Source: an uncultured Acidobacteriota bacterium (GTDB lineage Bacteria > Acidobacteriota > Thermoanaerobaculia > Multivoradales > UBA5704). Taken from it: 64,000 nucleotides of DNA. Position 1 is the stretch's first letter; each line of letters starts with the position of its first letter. The stretch lies in NCBI GenBank assembly GCA_963770895.1, contig CAVYRF010000002.1, forward strand, positions 5,120,001-5,184,000, given 5' to 3'. Below the pieces are notes generated by a model. The model was not told the DNA's origin, searched no databases, and worked only from the letters and a program-made list of their open reading frames with translations. Shown here piece after piece: positions 44,066 to 54,013 of this stretch. Made by a program: the position numbers and the translations under genes.

Positions 44066-45439
44066 ATGGCCGGCGCGCGTCTGCTGATCGCCGGCGGCCG
44101 GCTGGTCGACCCCAGCCAGGACCTGGACGGCGCCTTCGACCTGCTGATCGAGGACGGCCGCGTAGCGGAGGTCCTGCCGCGCGACGGCGACGCCCGCGGC
44201 CGCGGGCGCGGCCACGGCCGCAAGCGGGACGGCGACGACGCCGACTCCGGCGGAGGGGGCGGCGACCTGGAGCGGCTGGACGCGTCCGGCCTGGTGGTGG
44301 CGCCGGGCCTGATCGACATGCACGTGCACCTGCGCGAGCCCGGCCAGGAATACAAAGAGACGGTGGCGAGCGGCACGATGGCGGCGGCGGCCGGCGGTTT
44401 CACCGGCGTCGCCTGCATGGCCAACACCGACCCGGTCAACGACAACCGTTCGATCACCGAGCACATCCTGGCCGAGGCGCGGCGCCACGGGTACGCGCGG
44501 GTGCACCCGATCGGCGCGGTCAGCAAGCGGCTGGCGGGCGAAGAGCTGGCCGAGATCGGCGAGATGGTGCGCGGCGGCGCGGTGGCGGTTTCCGACGACG
44601 GCAAGCCGGTGATGAACGCCGAGCTGATGCGGCGGGCGCTGCTGTTCGCCCGCCACTTCGACATCCCGGTCATCCAGCACGCCGAAGACCTCAACCTGTC
44701 GGGCGCCGGCGTGATGCACGAAGGGGAGTGGTCGACGCGGCTGGGGCTGGCCGGCATTCCGGGCTCGGCCGAGGACGTCATGGTGGCGCGCGACCTGCTG
44801 CTGCTCGAAGACGGCGGCGGCCGCTATCACGTGGCGCACCTGTCCACCGCGCGCAGCCTGGAGATGGTGCGGCAGGCGCGGCGCCGCGGGTTGCCGGTCA
44901 CCTGCGAGGTGACGCCCCACCACCTGGTGCTGACCGACCAGGAGGTGGCGCGCACGGTGTTTTCGACGCAGTGCAAGATGAAGCCGCCGCTGCGCTCGGA
45001 GCACGACCGCCAGGCCCTGCTGGCCGGCCTGGCCGACGGCACGATCGATGCCATCGCCAGCGACCACGCGCCGCATCACGCCGACGAAAAGGACGTGGAA
45101 TTCGACCTGGCGCCGTTCGGCATCCTGGGGCTGGAGACGACGCTGGGGCTCTGCCTGGACCGGCTGGTGCGTCCCGGCGTGATCGGCCTGTCGCGCCTGG
45201 TCGAGCTGCTGTCGACCGGGCCGGCGCGGGTGCTCAAGCTGGCCGGCGGCACCCTGCGGCCGGGCAGCCCCGCCGACGTCACCCTCTTCGATCCTGACGG
45301 CCAGATCACGATCCAGGCCGCGTCGTTCCTCAGCCGCTCGCGCAACACCCCCTTCGACGGCTGGACCCTGCGCGGCAAGCCGGTCGCAACCCTGCTCGAC
45401 GGCCGCCCCGTCACCCTGCCCAACCGCCCACGCGCCTGA
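44066..45439 (+). CDS. pyrC: Dihydroorotase
   Basis: DMHVHLREPG, KMKPPLR, ASDHAPH, SRNTPF. Confidence 0.94.
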   Translation: MAGARLLIAGGRLVDPSQDLDGAFDLLIEDGRVAEVLPRDGDARGRGRGHGRKRDGDDADSGGGGGDLERLDASGLVVAPGLIDMHVHLREPGQEYKETVASGTMAAAAGGFTGVACMANTDPVNDNRSITEHILAEARRHGYARVHPIGAVSKRLAGEELAEIGEMVRGGAVAVSDDGKPVMNAELMRRALLFARHFDIPVIQHAEDLNLSGAGVMHEGEWSTRLGLAGIPGSAEDVMVARDLLLLEDGGGRYHVAHLSTARSLEMVRQARRRGLPVTCEVTPHHLVLTDQEVARTVFSTQCKMKPPLRSEHDRQALLAGLADGTIDAIASDHAPHHADEKDVEFDLAPFGILGLETTLGLCLDRLVRPGVIGLSRLVELLSTGPARVLKLAGGTLRPGSPADVTLFDPDGQITIQAASFLSRSRNTPFDGWTLRGKPVATLLDGRPVTLPNRPRA

Positions 45440-45444
45440 CGCAC

Positions 45445-45492
45445 CGCGGGGGGCGGGGGCGGGTTCGGTCCCCGCGCCCCCGCTTCCCCGCG
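45445..45492 (+). terminator. GC-rich hairpin after pyrC
   Basis: cgcggggggcgggggcggg / cccgcgcccccgcttccccgcg imperfect stem; no clear U-tract. Confidence 0.4.
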
Positions 45493-45559
45493 CCCACGCC
45501 CCCGGCGCCTGGCTCGATCCGCGACTGGCTGGTCGCGGCCCCGCCCAATCCGCCGGCGC

Positions 45560-45610
45560 TTTAGATTTTGTGTTACTATTAATTATCAATTTCACGCCTG
45601 CTTGATTGAG
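45560..45610 (+). promoter_or_regulatory. AT-rich promoter region upstream of lectin gene
   Basis: tttagattttgtgttactattaattatcaattt, striking in a very GC-rich background. Confidence 0.5.
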
Positions 45611-45672
45611 GCGAAGCGGGAATCCGCCAGATCCGGAAGGCGTGCTGGACGATCGGAAAAGGAGACAGCGAC

Positions 45673-46116
45673 ATGGCAACGTGTACGAGTACCGGTTTTT
45701 CGGGGACACAGGGCATGCAGTTCAGCGGTCAGAACCTTCTGCCGCAGGGCAAGATCTGCGTGCTCAGCGGCTACGTGCAGTCCGCGGCAGTGCAGACCGT
45801 AACGGTCACCAACTCGGGCGGCACCGTCGTCGCGTCCATCCAGGCCTCGGGCGGCGCGAGCGGAACGCCGGTGACGATGAGCCCCGTCAAGGGCTCGACC
45901 AACTCCTTTATCGCGGACGGCAACGTCTACACGATCACGTTCACCAACAACGGCGGCCAGACCTCGCGCGTCCTCGCCGCCAGCGACAGCCTGTCGTCCG
46001 GCACCTCGACCTTCGCCACCAGCTGGACCTTCATCACCGAAGACACGCCCAGCGGCGGCGACTGCGACTTCAACGACACCACGGCCTATCTCACCTGGAA
46101 CCTTTTCATCGGCTAG
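45673..46116 (+). CDS. Fucose-binding lectin II (PA-IIL/LecB)-like protein
   Basis: AAAGGAG RBS; beta-rich; C-terminal EDTPSGGDCDFNDTTAYLTW resembles LecB EDGTDNDYNDAVVVINW. Confidence 0.55.
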   Translation: MATCTSTGFSGTQGMQFSGQNLLPQGKICVLSGYVQSAAVQTVTVTNSGGTVVASIQASGGASGTPVTMSPVKGSTNSFIADGNVYTITFTNNGGQTSRVLAASDSLSSGTSTFATSWTFITEDTPSGGDCDFNDTTAYLTWNLFIG

Positions 46117-46294
46117 GGCCGGCCCCCCTCCGGCAGGGTGCAAGCCGCCAGGGAGCGTGGTGGGTCGCCGAAGGATGGTGCAAACCTGTGAGACGGGACA
46201 ACAGGGGACGACCAACTGCCGCTCGCCGGGCTCGCCGGGCGCGCACGCCCGCCATCATCGCGCCCGGCGCGCGGCGGCATCGTTCCGGCCGTTT

Positions 46295-47188
46295 TCAGCC
46301 GCAGGGGAAGGCGCCGGTGTCCTGGATGGGCGTTGCGGCGGTGACGTCGGGATTGGTGTAGGTGCGCGTGCGGCCGCTGGTCATATCGGTCGCGGTCACG
46401 GTGAAACCGACGTTGGTGTCGGCGGAGTAGAAGACCCAATAGAAGTTGTTCACCGCGCAGCCGTTGAGCACCTTGACCAGCATTTCGGGATTGCTCTTGG
46501 CGAAGAACCACAGGATGCCGCCGCTGGTGACGCCGATGTTGGTGAGATCGACGGTGTTGGCGCTGCCGGACAGACCGCCGCTCTGGGCGGTTTTATAGGT
46601 GGCGATGATCTGGAAGCGGTTGTCGCCCTGCACGTCGCTGACGCACAGGGTGGTGCCGGCGGGGATGCAGGCGCCGGCGGGCGCCGCGGTGATGGTGACG
46701 CCGACGCTGTTGCGCGTCACGGTTGAGGTCGGCGGCGTGAAGTCCTTGGTTTCCGTGGCGGTGCAGGGGGTGGTGCCGGTGTCGAAGGTCAGGGCGTCTT
46801 CGGCGGGCCCCAGGACCGACTGCGAGAAGACGAGGGTCTGGCCGTGTGCCACCGGCGCGCCCTCGAAGTCGAAGGTCACGGCGTTGGGCACGTTGGCGGA
46901 CGTGACGTCCAGCTCCTTGGTGCGGGTTGCCACCAGCTGTCCGTCGAACGCGTCGGTGACGGCGCGCAGCGTGATGATGTAGGTGCCGACGGTCGTGGCG
47001 TAATAGGTGAGCGTCACCGTGGCCAGGTTGTCGGCGGCGTAGTTCTCCACGTAGAAACCGTGGCTGGTCGGATCGGAGGTCGTCTGGCCGCCGTTCGGAC
47101 AGCTGACGAGCGTCTGTGGCTGGGCAACAGCGGCCACGGCGGCAAGCGTCGCCATGGTGACAGCTGCGAAAAGTGTCTTGCCTCTCAT
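46295..47188 (-). CDS. Secreted protein with Cys-bracketed C-terminal domain
   Basis: GAGGAGG RBS, signal peptide MRGKTLFAAVTMATLAAVAAVA; C-terminal domain shared with the S53 peptidase. Confidence 0.8.
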   Translation of the reverse strand: MRGKTLFAAVTMATLAAVAAVAQPQTLVSCPNGGQTTSDPTSHGFYVENYAADNLATVTLTYYATTVGTYIITLRAVTDAFDGQLVATRTKELDVTSANVPNAVTFDFEGAPVAHGQTLVFSQSVLGPAEDALTFDTGTTPCTATETKDFTPPTSTVTRNSVGVTITAAPAGACIPAGTTLCVSDVQGDNRFQIIATYKTAQSGGLSGSANTVDLTNIGVTSGGILWFFAKSNPEMLVKVLNGCAVNNFYWVFYSADTNVGFTVTATDMTSGRTRTYTNPDVTAATPIQDTGAFPCG

Positions 47189-47281
47189 CTGTGATACCTC
47201 CTCGAAGAAACCGCGCGCCGTTGCCAAACGGCGGCGCAGCAACCAATTTGGTTGTAAAGACCATGAGCTATACTGCCGCGT

Positions 47282-49519
47282 GTGCCTTCCTTCGACGATG
47301 CAACAACGCCGAGCGGCGCGACGGTGGCGGCGGGTGCTGCCGGGCAGCATGCGGCACCTGATGGTTTGATGCCGCGGCCGGCGCCGGTGGCGGGGTCGCA
47401 GCGGCGCAGGCAAGTGTGGCGCGCGCTCCAACCATGGCGCTGGCCGCGATCTCCGGCAATGCCTGGAGCGGCGGCAGCGCCGGGTGCACCGCGACCACGC
47501 TGGCGGCCGCTGACGGCGCTGCGCGGCTTCCTGGTCGTCTGCGGCCTGCTGGCGCTGTATTGCGTACCGACGCTCCTTTACTTCTACCCCGCGTGGACCA
47601 CCCTGACGCGGCGTTTGATCGGCGAGGCCGGCGACCCCACGTTCAACCTTTACGTCCTGAAGTGGGGGGCGCACCAAGTCCGTCTCGGAATGCCCGATTT
47701 TTGGAACGCCAATTTCATGTACCCGGTCCGCGGCACCCTGGCTTTTTCCGATCACCTGCTGGGGCCCGCGTTGCAGCTGGTCGTCTTGCAAAAGCTGGAC
47801 CTGGCAGCGAACGCGATTGCCGGGTACAACCTTCTGCTGGTCTCCTCGTTCGTGCTGAGCGGCGCCGCCACCTGCTGGGTGCTGCGCCGCGGCGGCCGCT
47901 CGCGCGCCGCGGCGGTCGTCGGCGGCTTGCTGTTCGCCTTTGCGCCGATGCGCTGGGCGCACCTGGACCACATCCAGATCCTGCTGGCGCAATGGGTGCC
48001 GCTGACCCTGTGGTATTGGGACCGCCTGCTGGCGCAGCCCAGCGCGCGCCGCGCCGCCTGCTTCCTGCCGTTCTACCTGCTGCACGTGACCGGCGGCTGC
48101 TACCTGGCCTACATGATCCACGTGCCGATGCTGGCGCTGGCCGTCAGCCGCCGGCCGCGCAGCGTGGCGGAGCTGCGCCGGCTGGTCGCTGGCCCCGGCC
48201 TGCGCGTGCTGCTGGCGGTGGCGCTGCCGGCGGCGGCGACGGTGTACTGGCTGTTTTCGCCTTACGTCGAGGCGGCGCGCCGCCACGGCCTGGAGCGCTC
48301 GCCTGCCGAGGTGGCGCTGTACGCGGCTTCGCTGCTGAGCTACCTCGCCCCCGCCGAATCCAACTGGTACGCCGGCGGCTGGCACCGTGTGATCGATCGC
48401 TGGCAGCTGGAGGTGAGCCTGGACGAAGGGCGCCTGTTCGCCGGCTTCGTCGCCACGGCGCTGTGCGCCTGCGGCCTGGCGCTGTGGTGGCGGCGCCACC
48501 GCCGGCGGCCCTCGCGGCCGCTGGCCGGCTGGCAGCGCGCGGTCCTGGCGGCGCTGCTGCTGGCCGCCGCCGCGGCGTTTGTGATCGGTGACGTGCGGAC
48601 GTTCGACCCCGGTGCCGCGGACACCGCGTGGAACCTGCCGGCGCTGGCTCTGGCGCTCAGCCTGGGCCTGTGGCTGGCGGCGCGGCGCCGGTGGGGCGGC
48701 GCCGGCCCCGTCGGCTGGGCGGGGATCGATCCCTGGGAGCGGGGGCTGGCCGCGGGCGGAGCGCTGTGCTTTCTGCTCTCGTTCCCGATCGTCTTCGTGC
48801 CGCTGATGGGCATCGTCCCCGGCCTGGGCGGCCTGCGCGCTCCCGGCCGCTTCTACGCCATCACCTCCTTTGTCGTGGTGTGGTTCGCCGCCGCGGGTTG
48901 CGACGCCCTGCTGGCGCGCCTTGCCGGGGCCGCGGAGCGGCGCGGCTGGGCAGGGAGCCGGCGCTTTGCCCTGCGTCTGGCGGCCGCGGCGGTCCTGGTC
49001 GTGGCGGCGCTGGTGGACCTGGCGCCCAGCGAGGTGACGACGCGGCGGCTGCGCGCCGAGCCGGATTTCCCGGCGGTCTACGCGGCGCTGCGCGCGCTGC
49101 CGGCGGACGAGGTGGGAGGCATCCTTGAGCTGCCGCGCCTGCGGCCGGTGCGCGAGACGCTCTACATGTACTACTCGACGCTGCACTGGAAGCCGATCGC
49201 CAACGGCTACAGCGGCTTTCTGCCCGAGCGATACCTGGAGCTGCGCGAACGCATCCCCCTGCTCCCCGCCGACGCCGCCGCCTTCGACCTGGTGCGCCAG
49301 TGCGGCATCACCCACCTGGTGGTGCACGCCGGCGGGCAGCCCGGCAGCCCTATCCGCGACCAGCTGCCCGCCTGGGAGCGCCGGTACCTGAACAGCGCCG
49401 TCCGGCGCCTCTACGACGACGGCGCCGACCGGATCTATCGGGTCGTCGACCCCATCCGGCCGCGCTTGCTGGCGGAGGCCGCGGCTCCTAGTGTCATCGC
49501 TTCCCTGGGCGGCCGCTAG
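47282..49519 (+). CDS. Polytopic membrane protein, YfhO/GT-C-like
   Basis: GDPTFNLYVLKW, FWNANFMYP, AFSDHLLG, LRAPGRF, HWKPIANGYSGF; start uncertain. Confidence 0.6.
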   Translation: MPSFDDATTPSGATVAAGAAGQHAAPDGLMPRPAPVAGSQRRRQVWRALQPWRWPRSPAMPGAAAAPGAPRPRWRPLTALRGFLVVCGLLALYCVPTLLYFYPAWTTLTRRLIGEAGDPTFNLYVLKWGAHQVRLGMPDFWNANFMYPVRGTLAFSDHLLGPALQLVVLQKLDLAANAIAGYNLLLVSSFVLSGAATCWVLRRGGRSRAAAVVGGLLFAFAPMRWAHLDHIQILLAQWVPLTLWYWDRLLAQPSARRAACFLPFYLLHVTGGCYLAYMIHVPMLALAVSRRPRSVAELRRLVAGPGLRVLLAVALPAAATVYWLFSPYVEAARRHGLERSPAEVALYAASLLSYLAPAESNWYAGGWHRVIDRWQLEVSLDEGRLFAGFVATALCACGLALWWRRHRRRPSRPLAGWQRAVLAALLLAAAAAFVIGDVRTFDPGAADTAWNLPALALALSLGLWLAARRRWGGAGPVGWAGIDPWERGLAAGGALCFLLSFPIVFVPLMGIVPGLGGLRAPGRFYAITSFVVVWFAAAGCDALLARLAGAAERRGWAGSRRFALRLAAAAVLVVAALVDLAPSEVTTRRLRAEPDFPAVYAALRALPADEVGGILELPRLRPVRETLYMYYSTLHWKPIANGYSGFLPERYLELRERIPLLPADAAAFDLVRQCGITHLVVHAGGQPGSPIRDQLPAWERRYLNSAVRRLYDDGADRIYRVVDPIRPRLLAEAAAPSVIASLGGR

Positions 49520-49546
49520 CGGCCCCCGGCCCCCAGCCCCCTGGCC

Positions 49547-49969
49547 TCAGTCGAGGTCGAGCCAGGACCGCGTTTCTTCGGTGCGGGTGGTGGCGGTCTT
49601 GGGCCAGCTGGCGAGCCAGCTGGCGAGCTGCGGCTGGTCGGGGTCGTCGGAGCCGAGGATCTGGACGCCGACGCCTTTGGGCAGGGGCGACAGGCGGTGC
49701 CAGCGGACGACGGCCTTGACGCGGATGGCGGCGCTGCCGCGCGGGCCGGCCTGGCTGTAGATCAGCAGGTGCAGCAGGCTGCCGACCGGCGGCAGGTCGC
49801 TGGTGACGAGCAGGAGGCCGCCGGGGCCGATGTCTTCGACGATGACCAGCTGTTGATCTTCGCCGGCGGCGCCTTCGCGCTGCATGAAGGCGAGCGAGCC
49901 CCAGGCGATGGAGCGCGGCGCGGAACGGCGGCCCGGGTGCGGTTGCTGTTGCTGCTGCTGTGGTTGCAT
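49547..49969 (-). CDS. PilZ domain protein
   Basis: RRSAPR (RxxxR), DIGPGG (DxSxxG-like), AVVRW, GVGVQI; GGAGGAG RBS. Confidence 0.7.
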   Translation of the reverse strand: MQPQQQQQQPHPGRRSAPRSIAWGSLAFMQREGAAGEDQQLVIVEDIGPGGLLLVTSDLPPVGSLLHLLIYSQAGPRGSAAIRVKAVVRWHRLSPLPKGVGVQILGSDDPDQPQLASWLASWPKTATTRTEETRSWLDLD

Positions 49970-50130
49970 CGAAGTCTCCTCCCAAGTCTGCGGGGCCACC
50001 GCTCTGGCGGTTGTGCCCAGCCCCCGTAGGCAGGAGCTTTGCAGGCTGACAGGCCCGATCCAATCGGACTGCGGCGCGCCCTGCCGTCCGCAATCGGCTC
50101 GACACTGGGTAGGCGCCCATCCTACACCTC

Positions 50131-50136
50131 TATAAT
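50131..50136 (+). promoter_or_regulatory. -10 box of suhB, probably leaderless or near-leaderless
   Basis: TATAAT 8 nt upstream of ATG 50145, no RBS. Confidence 0.5.
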
Positions 50137-50144
50137 CGCTGCCC

Positions 50145-51062
50145 ATGCCCGCCGCCACGACCGCCCCCCACGACCCTCGCGAGCTGCTCGCAACCGCCGT
50201 CGCCGCCGCGCAGGCGGGCGCCGCCGTGCTGATGCGCTACTTCCGCCACGGCGACCTGCAGGTGGCGACCAAGGGAGAAAACGACTTCGTGACCCGCGCC
50301 GACCGCGAGAGCGAAGCGGCGGTGCTGGGCGAGATCCGGCGCCGCTACCCCGATCACCGCATCCTGGCCGAGGAGGGCGGCGGGGGCGAGGAGCGGGCGG
50401 CCGACGGCGGCTACCTGTGGGTGGTCGATCCCCTGGACGGCACGACCAACTTTCTCCAGGGGCTGCCGGTCTTCTGCGTGTCGGTCGCCTGCCTGTACGC
50501 CGGCAACCCGGTCGCCGCGGTGGTCGAGGACCCGACCGGGGGCAATCTCTTCACCGCCAGCCTGGGCGGCGGCGCGCAGTGGAACGGCAGGCCGATGTCG
50601 GCTTCGCCGCACCGGGCCCTGACCGGCGCGTTCCTGGCGACGGGCTACCCGTTTCGCGCCCACGCCACGCTCGACGTCTACCTTGCCACGTTCCGCGAGA
50701 TCTTCCTGCAGGCCAAGGCGGTGCGCCGCTGCGGCGCCGCCGCCCTCGATCTTGCCTACACCGCGGCCGGCGTCTACGACGGATTTTTCGAGTTCCGCCT
50801 GTCGCCGTGGGACATCGGCGCCGGCGTGCTGCTGGTGCGCGAGGCGGGCGGCACGATCTCCGACGTCGATGGCGGCCAGGACTTCTTCGCCAGCGGCAAC
50901 GTGGTTGCCGGCGGCAGCGGCCTGCATGCGCAGCTGCGCGCCGCCGTCGGCCTGCACGCGTCCGAAGCCGAGCTGGACCGCATCAGCCCGGCGACGCGCC
51001 ACCCCGCGCTGGTTTCCTCTCACACCGCCGCCCCCGCCGGGCGTCCGGCCGATGGCGGATAG
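50145..51062 (+). CDS. suhB: Inositol monophosphatase family protein
   Basis: DFVTRAD, AEE, WVVDPLDGTTNF, WDIGAG. Confidence 0.9.
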   Translation: MPAATTAPHDPRELLATAVAAAQAGAAVLMRYFRHGDLQVATKGENDFVTRADRESEAAVLGEIRRRYPDHRILAEEGGGGEERAADGGYLWVVDPLDGTTNFLQGLPVFCVSVACLYAGNPVAAVVEDPTGGNLFTASLGGGAQWNGRPMSASPHRALTGAFLATGYPFRAHATLDVYLATFREIFLQAKAVRRCGAAALDLAYTAAGVYDGFFEFRLSPWDIGAGVLLVREAGGTISDVDGGQDFFASGNVVAGGSGLHAQLRAAVGLHASEAELDRISPATRHPALVSSHTAAPAGRPADGG

Positions 51063-52230
51063 CCGCCGCGGCGGCAGCTTCGAGATCGTCATCCACGCCG
51101 CGGACCGGCGGGGGACGGTGCTGCGGCTGCGCCTGAACCGCGCCTGGCTGACCGCCGGCTCGGTCGTGGTGCTGCTGTACTGCTTCTTTCTGGCCTTTGC
51201 CGCGGGCATGGCGCCCGGCGTCGTGGGAGCGACCTTCGGCAGCCAGGAGTACCGCGTCCTGGCGTCCGAGCGGGCCCGCCAGGGCGAACGGTTGCAGGCG
51301 CTGGTCGAGCGCCTGGACCAGGTGCGCCAGCGCAGCGCGGCGCTGCTGCTGGCGGTGCGCAAGGTTTCGGCCGCCTACGACCTGGCGCCGGCGCCGCCTG
51401 CCGGCAGCGCCGGCACCGCCGCACCGGCGGCTGGCCCCGCCGCCGCGGCGGGCGAGGCGGCGGCGGGCGAGGCGGCGGCGGGCGAGGCGGCGGCAGCGGG
51501 CGAGGCCGCGAGCGCGGGGGAGCTGCTGCTGGGCAGCGGCTCGATCTATGCCGGCACCTTGCAGCAGGGCGAGCGGCTGGAGCGCCGCATCGACGTCGAG
51601 ATCCGCGACCTGGAAGCGGGGCTCGCCGCCGTCGCGCTCTTCGAGCGCGGCCACCAGGACGTGGTGCGCGACACCCCCAGCGCCTGCCCGCTGCGCGGTG
51701 ATCGCTACGTCCTGACCAGCCCGTTCGGCCGCCAGCGCAGCGCCTTCACGCGCGACTTCGGCTTTCACGCCGGCATCGACCTGGCGGCGCCGCGCGGCAC
51801 TTCGATCGTCGCTCCCGCCGACGGCGTGGTGACCTTTGCCGGCACCTATCCGCTGGCCCGCAGCGCCGAATGGTGGCGGTTCGGCAACCTGGTGGCGGTG
51901 GCGCACGGCGACCGCTTCGTGACCCTGTACGGCCACTGCGGCGACCTCAAGGTGCGGGCCGGCCAGGCGGTGCGGCGCGGCGAGCTGCTGGCCCTGGTCG
52001 GCAGCACCGGCTGGAGCGTCAGCCCGCACGTGCACTACGAGGTGCGCAAGCGCGCCGCCGACGGCAGCCTGGTGCCGGTGGACCCCCTGATCTACATCCT
52101 GGATCGCCGCTGGCCCGACGAACAGCGCCAGCTGGCCCGCGCCAGCGCCGCCGCGCCGGCGACGATCGGGGGCGGCTTCGAGCCGCTGCCCCCCGGCCTG
52201 GACCGCGTCCCCGGCCGCGTGCGGCGCTAG
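51052..52230 (+). CDS. M23 family metallopeptidase
   Basis: N-terminal TM and coiled coil; HAGID, YGH, PHVHYEV; (AAAGE)x4 insert. Confidence 0.9.
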   Translation: MADSRRGGSFEIVIHAADRRGTVLRLRLNRAWLTAGSVVVLLYCFFLAFAAGMAPGVVGATFGSQEYRVLASERARQGERLQALVERLDQVRQRSAALLLAVRKVSAAYDLAPAPPAGSAGTAAPAAGPAAAAGEAAAGEAAAGEAAAAGEAASAGELLLGSGSIYAGTLQQGERLERRIDVEIRDLEAGLAAVALFERGHQDVVRDTPSACPLRGDRYVLTSPFGRQRSAFTRDFGFHAGIDLAAPRGTSIVAPADGVVTFAGTYPLARSAEWWRFGNLVAVAHGDRFVTLYGHCGDLKVRAGQAVRRGELLALVGSTGWSVSPHVHYEVRKRAADGSLVPVDPLIYILDRRWPDEQRQLARASAAAPATIGGGFEPLPPGLDRVPGRVRR

Positions 52231-52249
52231 TGGCCCGCCCGGGACGCTA

Positions 52250-54013
52250 CTAGATGCCGGTCACGCGCACCACCTCTTCGAAGGTGGTGCTGCCTTCGGC
52301 GAGCTTGCGCAGGGCCGACTGGCGCAGCGTGCGCATGCCGTTCTTGATCGCCTCGCGCTTGATCTCCGGAGAGTCGGCGCCGCGCAGCACCAGCGCCTTG
52401 ACCGCGTCGTCGATGGGCAGGATCTCGAAGATGCCGGTGCGCCCCAGATAGCCGGTGCCGCGGCATTCGAAGCAGCCGCCGCCCTCCTTGACCTTGACGC
52501 GCTTGCCGGCGGGCACCGACAGCCGCAGGGTGGCGGCTTCTTCGGCGCTCAGGTAGCGCTCGCCGACGCAGTGCGGGCAGATGCGGCGCAGCAGGCGCTG
52601 CGCCATCGCGCCGACGACGGTCGAGCCGATCAGGAAGCGCTCGACGTCCAGGTCGATGAGGCGCGAGATGGAGCTGGCGGCGTCGTTGGTGTGCAGGGTG
52701 GAGAACACCAGGTGGCCGGTGAGCGCCGCCTGGATGGCGTACTGGGCGGTTTCGGCGTCGCGGATCTCCCCCACCATGATGACGTCGGGGTCCTGGCGCA
52801 GGATGTGGCGCAGGGCGGCGGCGAAGGTGATGCCCACCTTGAGCTGCACGGCGGTCTGATTGAAATCTTCGTGCACCATCTCGATCGGGTCTTCGATCGT
52901 GGTGACGTTCAGCTCGCGCGTGGCGATGGTCTTGAGCGCCGAGTAGAGCGTCGTCGTCTTGCCCGAGCCGGTGGGGCCGGTGACCAGGATGATGCCGTGC
53001 GGGCGGGTGATGAAGTCGTTGAACTGCTGCATCTCGTCGGCATAGAAGCCCAGGCTGGTCAGATCCTGCAGCAGCACCTGCGGGTCGAAGATGCGCATCA
53101 CCACCTTTTCGCCGAAGGCGACCGGCAGGGTGGCGATGCGCAGCTCGATCTCACGGCCGCCGCGCTTGGCCTTGACGCGGCCGTCCTGCGGCCGGCGCTT
53201 TTCGGCGATGTCGAGGCGCGACATGGTCTTGATGCGCGACACGACGGCGGCGTGCACGATCTTCGGCATGCGCTGGATGTCGTGCAGCACGCCGTCGATG
53301 CGGAAGCGGATGAGGCTCTCTTCGCGCTTGGGCTCGATGTGGATGTCGCTCGCCCGGCTGTCGAAGGCGTGCTGCAGCATGAACTCCACGGCGTTGACCA
53401 CGTGCTGGTCCGAGGACTCGATCTCGGCTTCGTTCTTCATCCGGACCAGCTGTTCCAGGTTGCCCAGGTCGATGCCGCTGGCCAGGTCGCGTTCGGCGCG
53501 CTTGACCGAGTGGCGCAGGCCGTAGAATTCCGTGATCGCCTTGAGGATGTCGGGCTCGGAGGCGACGACCAGCTCGATGTCGCGGCCGGCGATGCGGCGG
53601 AACGAATCGACCCCTTCCAGGTCGTAGGGGTTGGCGCAGGCGACGCGCAGACGGCCGTTGGTCATCTGCAGCGGGATCATGCGGTGGCGGCGCGCGAACG
53701 GGCGCGACATCTTGGATTCCATCAGCTCGGCGTTGAGGCTCAGGGTGTCGATGCGCACCTGGATGAGCCCGGCGTCGGCGGCGATGGCCTGGGCGATCTC
53801 CTGCTCGCCCAGCGGGCCGCCGGAGTCGCGGCCGTTGGGCAGGTGCAGGCGCGTCACCAGCTCATAGGCCAGCGCCTTCTGCTCGTAGGCCGAGCTGGAG
53901 CGCAGGCGCTGCGGCACCAGCTTTGCCTCCTGCCGGATCGCATCGCCCTGGTCGCGGGTGACGTAGCCCTGGCGCACCAGGATGTCGGCAACGAGCTCGG
54001 GGGTCAGGTTCAT
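52250..54013 (-). CDS. GspE/PulE/PilB family secretion ATPase
   Basis: ASDIHIEP, GPTGSGKTT, TIEDPIE, LRQDPDVIMVGEIRD, CPHC...CFEC. Confidence 0.93.
   Translation of the reverse strand: MNLTPELVADILVRQGYVTRDQGDAIRQEAKLVPQRLRSSSAYEQKALAYELVTRLHLPNGRDSGGPLGEQEIAQAIAADAGLIQVRIDTLSLNAELMESKMSRPFARRHRMIPLQMTNGRLRVACANPYDLEGVDSFRRIAGRDIELVVASEPDILKAITEFYGLRHSVKRAERDLASGIDLGNLEQLVRMKNEAEIESSDQHVVNAVEFMLQHAFDSRASDIHIEPKREESLIRFRIDGVLHDIQRMPKIVHAAVVSRIKTMSRLDIAEKRRPQDGRVKAKRGGREIELRIATLPVAFGEKVVMRIFDPQVLLQDLTSLGFYADEMQQFNDFITRPHGIILVTGPTGSGKTTTLYSALKTIATRELNVTTIEDPIEMVHEDFNQTAVQLKVGITFAAALRHILRQDPDVIMVGEIRDAETAQYAIQAALTGHLVFSTLHTNDAASSISRLIDLDVERFLIGSTVVGAMAQRLLRRICPHCVGERYLSAEEAATLRLSVPAGKRVKVKEGGGCFECRGTGYLGRTGIFEILPIDDAVKALVLRGADSPEIKREAIKNGMRTLRQSALRKLAEGSTTFEEVVRVTGI

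Noticed and set aside
49985-50070. Possible c-di-GMP-I riboswitch upstream of PilZ (GCAAAGCTCC..GCCTA)
   Set aside because: Upstream GGCAAA/GAAA stem not found; an Infernal search would be needed
52250-54013. Type II secretion or pilus cluster
   Set aside because: Only the ATPase is present; stand-alone GspE/PilB paralogues are common
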